A stretch of 46,907 nt of DNA from a virus (taxonomy: Duplodnaviria > Heunggongvirae > Uroviricota > Caudoviricetes): IMG/VR virus record IMGVR_UViG_2651869724_000014, one strand, 5' to 3'. Positions 43,483 to 46,907 of this stretch are shown one piece after another. Each line of letters opens with the position of its first letter. Position 1 is the first letter of the stretch. Under the pieces are notes generated by a model, which made no database searches, was not told where the DNA came from, and saw only the letters and a list, made by a program, of their open reading frames with translations. A program made the position numbers and the translations under genes.

Positions 43483-43779
43483 TCAACATATTGATTCCGC
43501 CAGAACCGTATAATGCATTTTAGCTAATGCCTGCTTAACCCCTTTAAAATCCACCTCAGACAGTTTTTCAGCAGCGTTCTTTTTCCATGCTTTTTTCAGA
43601 AGATGCTTCTCAGCATTTCTCATCGCCAAATCGATTAGCTTACAGACAAACTCATGATCCATTACATGCGTTATAATCATATTACTTGTTGTTTTATCCT
43701 TTGAGTTAAAAAGCTCCGCGTAGATATGCAAGGACACAATATAAAAGATTTCAGTGTTTTTATTTTTAAATGTATTCAT
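43483..43779 (-). CDS. Hypothetical protein (98 aa from MNTFKNKN)
   Basis: AGGA RBS before the ATG at 43779. Confidence 0.5.
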   Translation of the reverse strand: MNTFKNKNTEIFYIVSLHIYAELFNSKDKTTSNMIITHVMDHEFVCKLIDLAMRNAEKHLLKKAWKKNAAEKLSEVDFKGVKQALAKMHYTVLAESIC

Positions 43780-43823
43780 TGGCTTTTCCTTTTGGTTAAT
43801 ATTAAAAATGAAATGCTGTAGTA

Positions 43824-44114
43824 TTAGCGGTATACACACTTATAGATAATCCAAAGCTGACGAAGGTGTTGCTTTACCTTACTGTGGCTTACTTCTCCAT
43901 AAATCCGATTCCTTTTACCTTCTTCTGAGTCATCGTAAAAATGATATCTCGTTTTTTTAATGATACTTTCCATGATGTCATTCATATTGTATTTATTGTT
44001 GATAAAATAATAAAAATCATCTGGTGCATTCCTTCGCAATCCGTCCATATAGCTCCTGAAATAATATTCGGCTTGTTCAATAAACTGTTTTGTCGTAATA
44101 AGTTCTATCTTCAT
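43824..44114 (-). CDS. Hypothetical protein (start MKIELITT; alternative ATG at 44126)
   Basis: GGAGAG RBS before 44114. Confidence 0.5.
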   Translation of the reverse strand: MKIELITTKQFIEQAEYYFRSYMDGLRRNAPDDFYYFINNKYNMNDIMESIIKKTRYHFYDDSEEGKRNRIYGEVSHSKVKQHLRQLWIIYKCVYR

Positions 44115-44195
44115 ATTTCTCTCCATTATTGTTTAGGGTAATAAGATGCCCTGTGCGAATAGTTATCTGTTCGACACGAGATCTTGTTTCTTTTT

Positions 44196-44414
44196 TTATG
44201 CAGCGTTCTGGCGTGAGTTTCGAATAGTCGCGTCAATCCATTCATCAATCTCACTTTCAATGAATGCCACCGCTCTTATCCCTGTTTTCACCTGCGATGG
44301 AAACCGTCCGGCTTTAATCAGTTCGTAAATCCACGTTTTTCCAAATCCGGTGCGTTTTATTACTTCTGGTAAACGGATAAACGTTGTCTTTGCTTTTATT
44401 TCTCTTTTAACCAT
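44196..44414 (-). CDS. alpA: AlpA-family transcriptional regulator / excision-control protein
   Basis: FIRLPEVIKRTGFGKTWIYELIKAGRFPSQVKTGIRAVAFIESEIDEWI. Confidence 0.85.
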   Translation of the reverse strand: MVKREIKAKTTFIRLPEVIKRTGFGKTWIYELIKAGRFPSQVKTGIRAVAFIESEIDEWIDATIRNSRQNAA

Positions 44415-44564
44415 ATTTATCTCCTGTGTTATTCGATGGAGATAATTGTAGGGAGATCGCTTGTGAAAAACTAGGTTGGTTCACCAGCCCTGAACCGGAG
44501 GGATGTTCAGGACCAGTGAATTCAGGGGATGTTTATAAGAAATGAATACAGGGGAAGTTCAGTG

Positions 44565-45440
44565 TTAGTGGATGTCCCTTGTTTTCTTTTTTGTTTCTGG
44601 TTTGTCATTCATTGCGATGACATCAAGAATAGGCGAGTTTTTCACCAGATTGTTTTTTATGAAAAAATCATTCAGTGACTTGAAATAATTGTCATTGCTT
44701 AAAAAACCGTGGGCAAGCGGATAATCAGTGTCTTTGATTTGCTCGCTACCTCTGGCATAACGCATATCGGGGTGTAGGATACCAGCCAATACAGGGTATT
44801 TGATTTTCTGGTTGTTGAGCTGTTCCCAAGCGATGAGGTCCATCAGAGGGATAATCTTGTAATCGAGTATCTTCTGGAATGTTTTATGACCAAACCGGAA
44901 ATCTTTTTCCGGTGGTTTAGGCACTTTCAGGTGCTTTTGCCACTGACTGATAAGCACTTTCAGGTGTTCAGCCAGATCGTCACTGCTGGCTTCCTCCAAG
45001 TCAATTTCAATCAGCATCTTGTTCGCAGGATTCAGCCCTCCCTGTTTCAGGTATTCAGATATGTAATCCGAACTCACTGAAACATTTTCTTCTGGAGGCG
45101 TATTCTCCAGCCGATACATTGCCCGTCCATAGTTAAACAGTGAATTCCTTGTCATTGGCCTGACAGCATAGCTATGAGCCAGCATGTGGCTCTCAGAGAT
45201 CCATTTATCCTCCAGCAAGACCCTGCCAGAGTGGATCATCGCATCATGGTGAATAACGGCATTACGATGCTTATCGTCCAGTGTTTCCCATTGCTGTCTG
45301 GCTTTATAGACAAACATGCGCCTTTCCAGTTCTGAATAAATTTGTTCCAGAGTGAGGTCTTTCAACGCATCATAGCGACTAACATCAAACCATTTGCTTA
45401 GTGCTTCCACTATCTCTGCGACATGCATTCTTTTTGTCAT
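44565..45440 (-). CDS. Hypothetical island protein (291 aa)
   Basis: ORF next to alpA near attR. No family recognised with confidence. Confidence 0.6.
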   Translation of the reverse strand: MTKRMHVAEIVEALSKWFDVSRYDALKDLTLEQIYSELERRMFVYKARQQWETLDDKHRNAVIHHDAMIHSGRVLLEDKWISESHMLAHSYAVRPMTRNSLFNYGRAMYRLENTPPEENVSVSSDYISEYLKQGGLNPANKMLIEIDLEEASSDDLAEHLKVLISQWQKHLKVPKPPEKDFRFGHKTFQKILDYKIIPLMDLIAWEQLNNQKIKYPVLAGILHPDMRYARGSEQIKDTDYPLAHGFLSNDNYFKSLNDFFIKNNLVKNSPILDVIAMNDKPETKKKTRDIH

Positions 45441-45795
45441 TCTTTTCCCTAAAAATGTTGATATTCATTACATTGACGTTAACGCATCCGGCAGCATAGA
45501 GAAAGAGAATAATGATAACTGGCGGTCTCAGCATTGGTCATAGAGTGTTCTTCTGTCTTTCGTTATCTTTCCGGAGGTAAACATATCGGGTAATAGCGTT
45601 AATCTGTTGAATCAGCGATTGAAGATTTGTAGCAGAACAGGGAGATCGTTCAGTGAGATTTAGTGAAGCGTGTTGTCATAACTAATTGATAGTAATTGAC
45701 TTTATGGTGATATAGCATTAAAAATGCTGGTAAATATGATGGTAAAAACAGACGCCATTTTTTGAAAGCCCCTAACAGCAGGAGATACAGATGAA

Positions 45796-45820
45796 GTTCG
45801 AGTCCAGTCAGAGGAGCCAA
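45796..45820. repeat. attR core (copy of the asnT 3' end)
   Basis: gttcgagtccagtcagaggagccaa, identical to 17351-17375. Confidence 0.85.
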
Positions 45821-45908
45821 ATTCTAAAGATTCGCTTTTTTAGCGCAATGTCACTGCTCTTAGTTGAGCATTGCTTTTTAACGGATAGCGGGTTTTTGAC
45901 ATCTTAAG

Positions 45909-45939
45909 CGCCCTCAATCTTCATGGTTGAGGGCGTTTT
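45909..45939 (+). terminator. Probable native asnT terminator displaced beyond attR
   Basis: cgccctcaa-tcttcatgg-ttgagggcg followed by tttt. Confidence 0.5.
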
Positions 45940-46125
45940 GCTATGAACGCCATCACCATTTTCCCCTCGATTATAAAACTTGAGTAATTCAGTAGTCTCC
46001 CCTCTTGCAACTCACACCCAAAACTGCTTAACGAAAAGTTATTAATTTTCAATCATATTGCTATCAGGATCTACTTTTTTTCGCTGTGCTAGAAAGGGCG
46101 CATTTATGTTAGCTCGTTCAGGGAA

Positions 46126-46815
46126 GGTAACCGTGAAGGTTACTGGCAACTCAAGCACCGCCCATGTTGCTAGCTTTATCGCTGATCCATCGACTATCGC
46201 CGCCACCAACAGTGATTTAAGTACCTTAAAGGCAACGGTTGAGGATGGCAGTGGTAACCTGATCGAAGGTCTCACTGTGTACTTCGCCTTAAAAAGCGGC
46301 TCCACCACATTAACGTCATTAACAGCAGTGACCGATCAAAACGGAATCGCGACAACAAGCGTGAAAGGAGCGATAACGGGGAGCGTCACTGTAAGCACAG
46401 TCACAAGCAAACAGTAGATATATCGCTAGTGGCAGGCCCAGCAGACGCCTCGCAGTCCATCCTTAAGAACAACCAGTCATCACTGAAAGGGGACTTTACC
46501 GATAGTGCTGAGCTACATCTTGTTCTGCACGATATATCAGGCAATCCGATCAAAGTTTCTTAAGGGATGGAATTTGTGCAATCAGGTACAAACGTGCCCT
46601 ATATGAAAATTAGCGCAATTGATTACAGTCAAAATATCAACGGTGATTACAAAGCTACTGTTACAGGAGGCGGAGAGGGTATCGCAACGCTGATCCCCGT
46701 ATTGAATGGTGTTCATCAGACGGGCCTGAGTACCACGATAGAATTCATTAGCGCGGAAACCAGACCAATGACCGATACAGTGTCAGTGAATGGTGCAAAC
46801 CTACCGACAGCTTGA
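46126..46815 (+). pseudogene. yeeJ: Remnant of the inverse-autotransporter adhesin gene yeeJ (Big_1 Ig-like repeats)
   Basis: VKVTGNSSTAHVASFIADPSTIAATNSDLSTLKATVEDGSGNLIEGLTVYFALKSG... The frame is broken at about 46417 and 46562. The large 5' part is absent and the 3' end is cut by an IS. Confidence 0.7.
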
Positions 46816-46907
46816 ACCGCCCCGGGTTTCCTGGAGAGTGTTTTATCTGTGAACTCAGGCTGCCAGATCATCGTTTCCGATGGAAGCATAATAAGCTTTT
46901 TCTGCTT
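46813..46907 (-). mobile_element. End of an IS629/IS1203-type IS3-family element (runs out of the window)
   Basis: Terminal repeat TGAACCGCCCCGGGTTTCCTGGAGAG. The minus strand encodes the transposase C-terminus ...AEKAYYASIGNDDLAA*. Confidence 0.8.

Larger units (their letters stand above)
17351..45820. mobile_element. asnT-integrated mobilisable genomic island (about 28.4 kb)
   Basis: 25-bp direct repeats at both ends, a P4-type integrase next to the tRNA, relaxase, alpA and AT-rich cargo. Confidence 0.85.

Overview
The window looks like an E. coli-type chromosome at the serU - mtfA - asnT - yeeJ neighbourhood, almost entirely filled by two acquired elements. All family names are motif and gene-order calls made by eye from the supplied translations; no database search was run.

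(1) Positions 1 to about 16.2 kb hold the early/regulatory half of a Qin/Rac-like lambdoid prophage integrated at tRNA-Ser(CGA).
- Gene content: int, xis, a large exonuclease, ydfD, dicB, the DicF sRNA, ydfCBA, a cI-type repressor facing cro(YdaS)/YdaT, an O-like replication gene with internal iterons, DUF977, DUF968, rusA, a Q-like antiterminator, a decayed TerB-like gene and a truncated nanS-type esterase.
- AT-rich morons: an FRG-domain protein, hok and a lipoprotein.

(2) Positions 17351-45820 are a 28.4-kb AT-rich integrative, mobilisable island in tRNA-Asn, bounded by a 25-bp direct repeat of the tRNA 3' end.
- Backbone: two P4-type integrases plus a displaced integrase 3' fragment, a MobA/MobL relaxase, orphan pilS/pilV pilin genes, an H-NS paralogue, a truncated H-NS (H-NST-like) and alpA.
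- Candidate immunity or accessory cassettes:
  - a DUF262 + HEPN pair;
  - a Septu-like ATPase + HNH pair;
  - a DUF4238 three-gene operon;
  - an unknown + PIN-like pair;
  - an MvdD-type ATP-grasp ligase + membrane protein + 114-aa acidic protein with four T-x-x-T...D-D-D-F/Y repeats, which is the most unusual. I read it as a multi-core graspetide-like (omega-ester RiPP) cassette.
- A 1.6-kb ORF-free region (36.6-38.2 kb) holds a three-copy hairpin family with a compensatory base-pair change and an array of 16-bp perfect palindromes in front of a winged-helix gene.

The window ends in a yeeJ remnant cut by an IS629-type IS3-family element.
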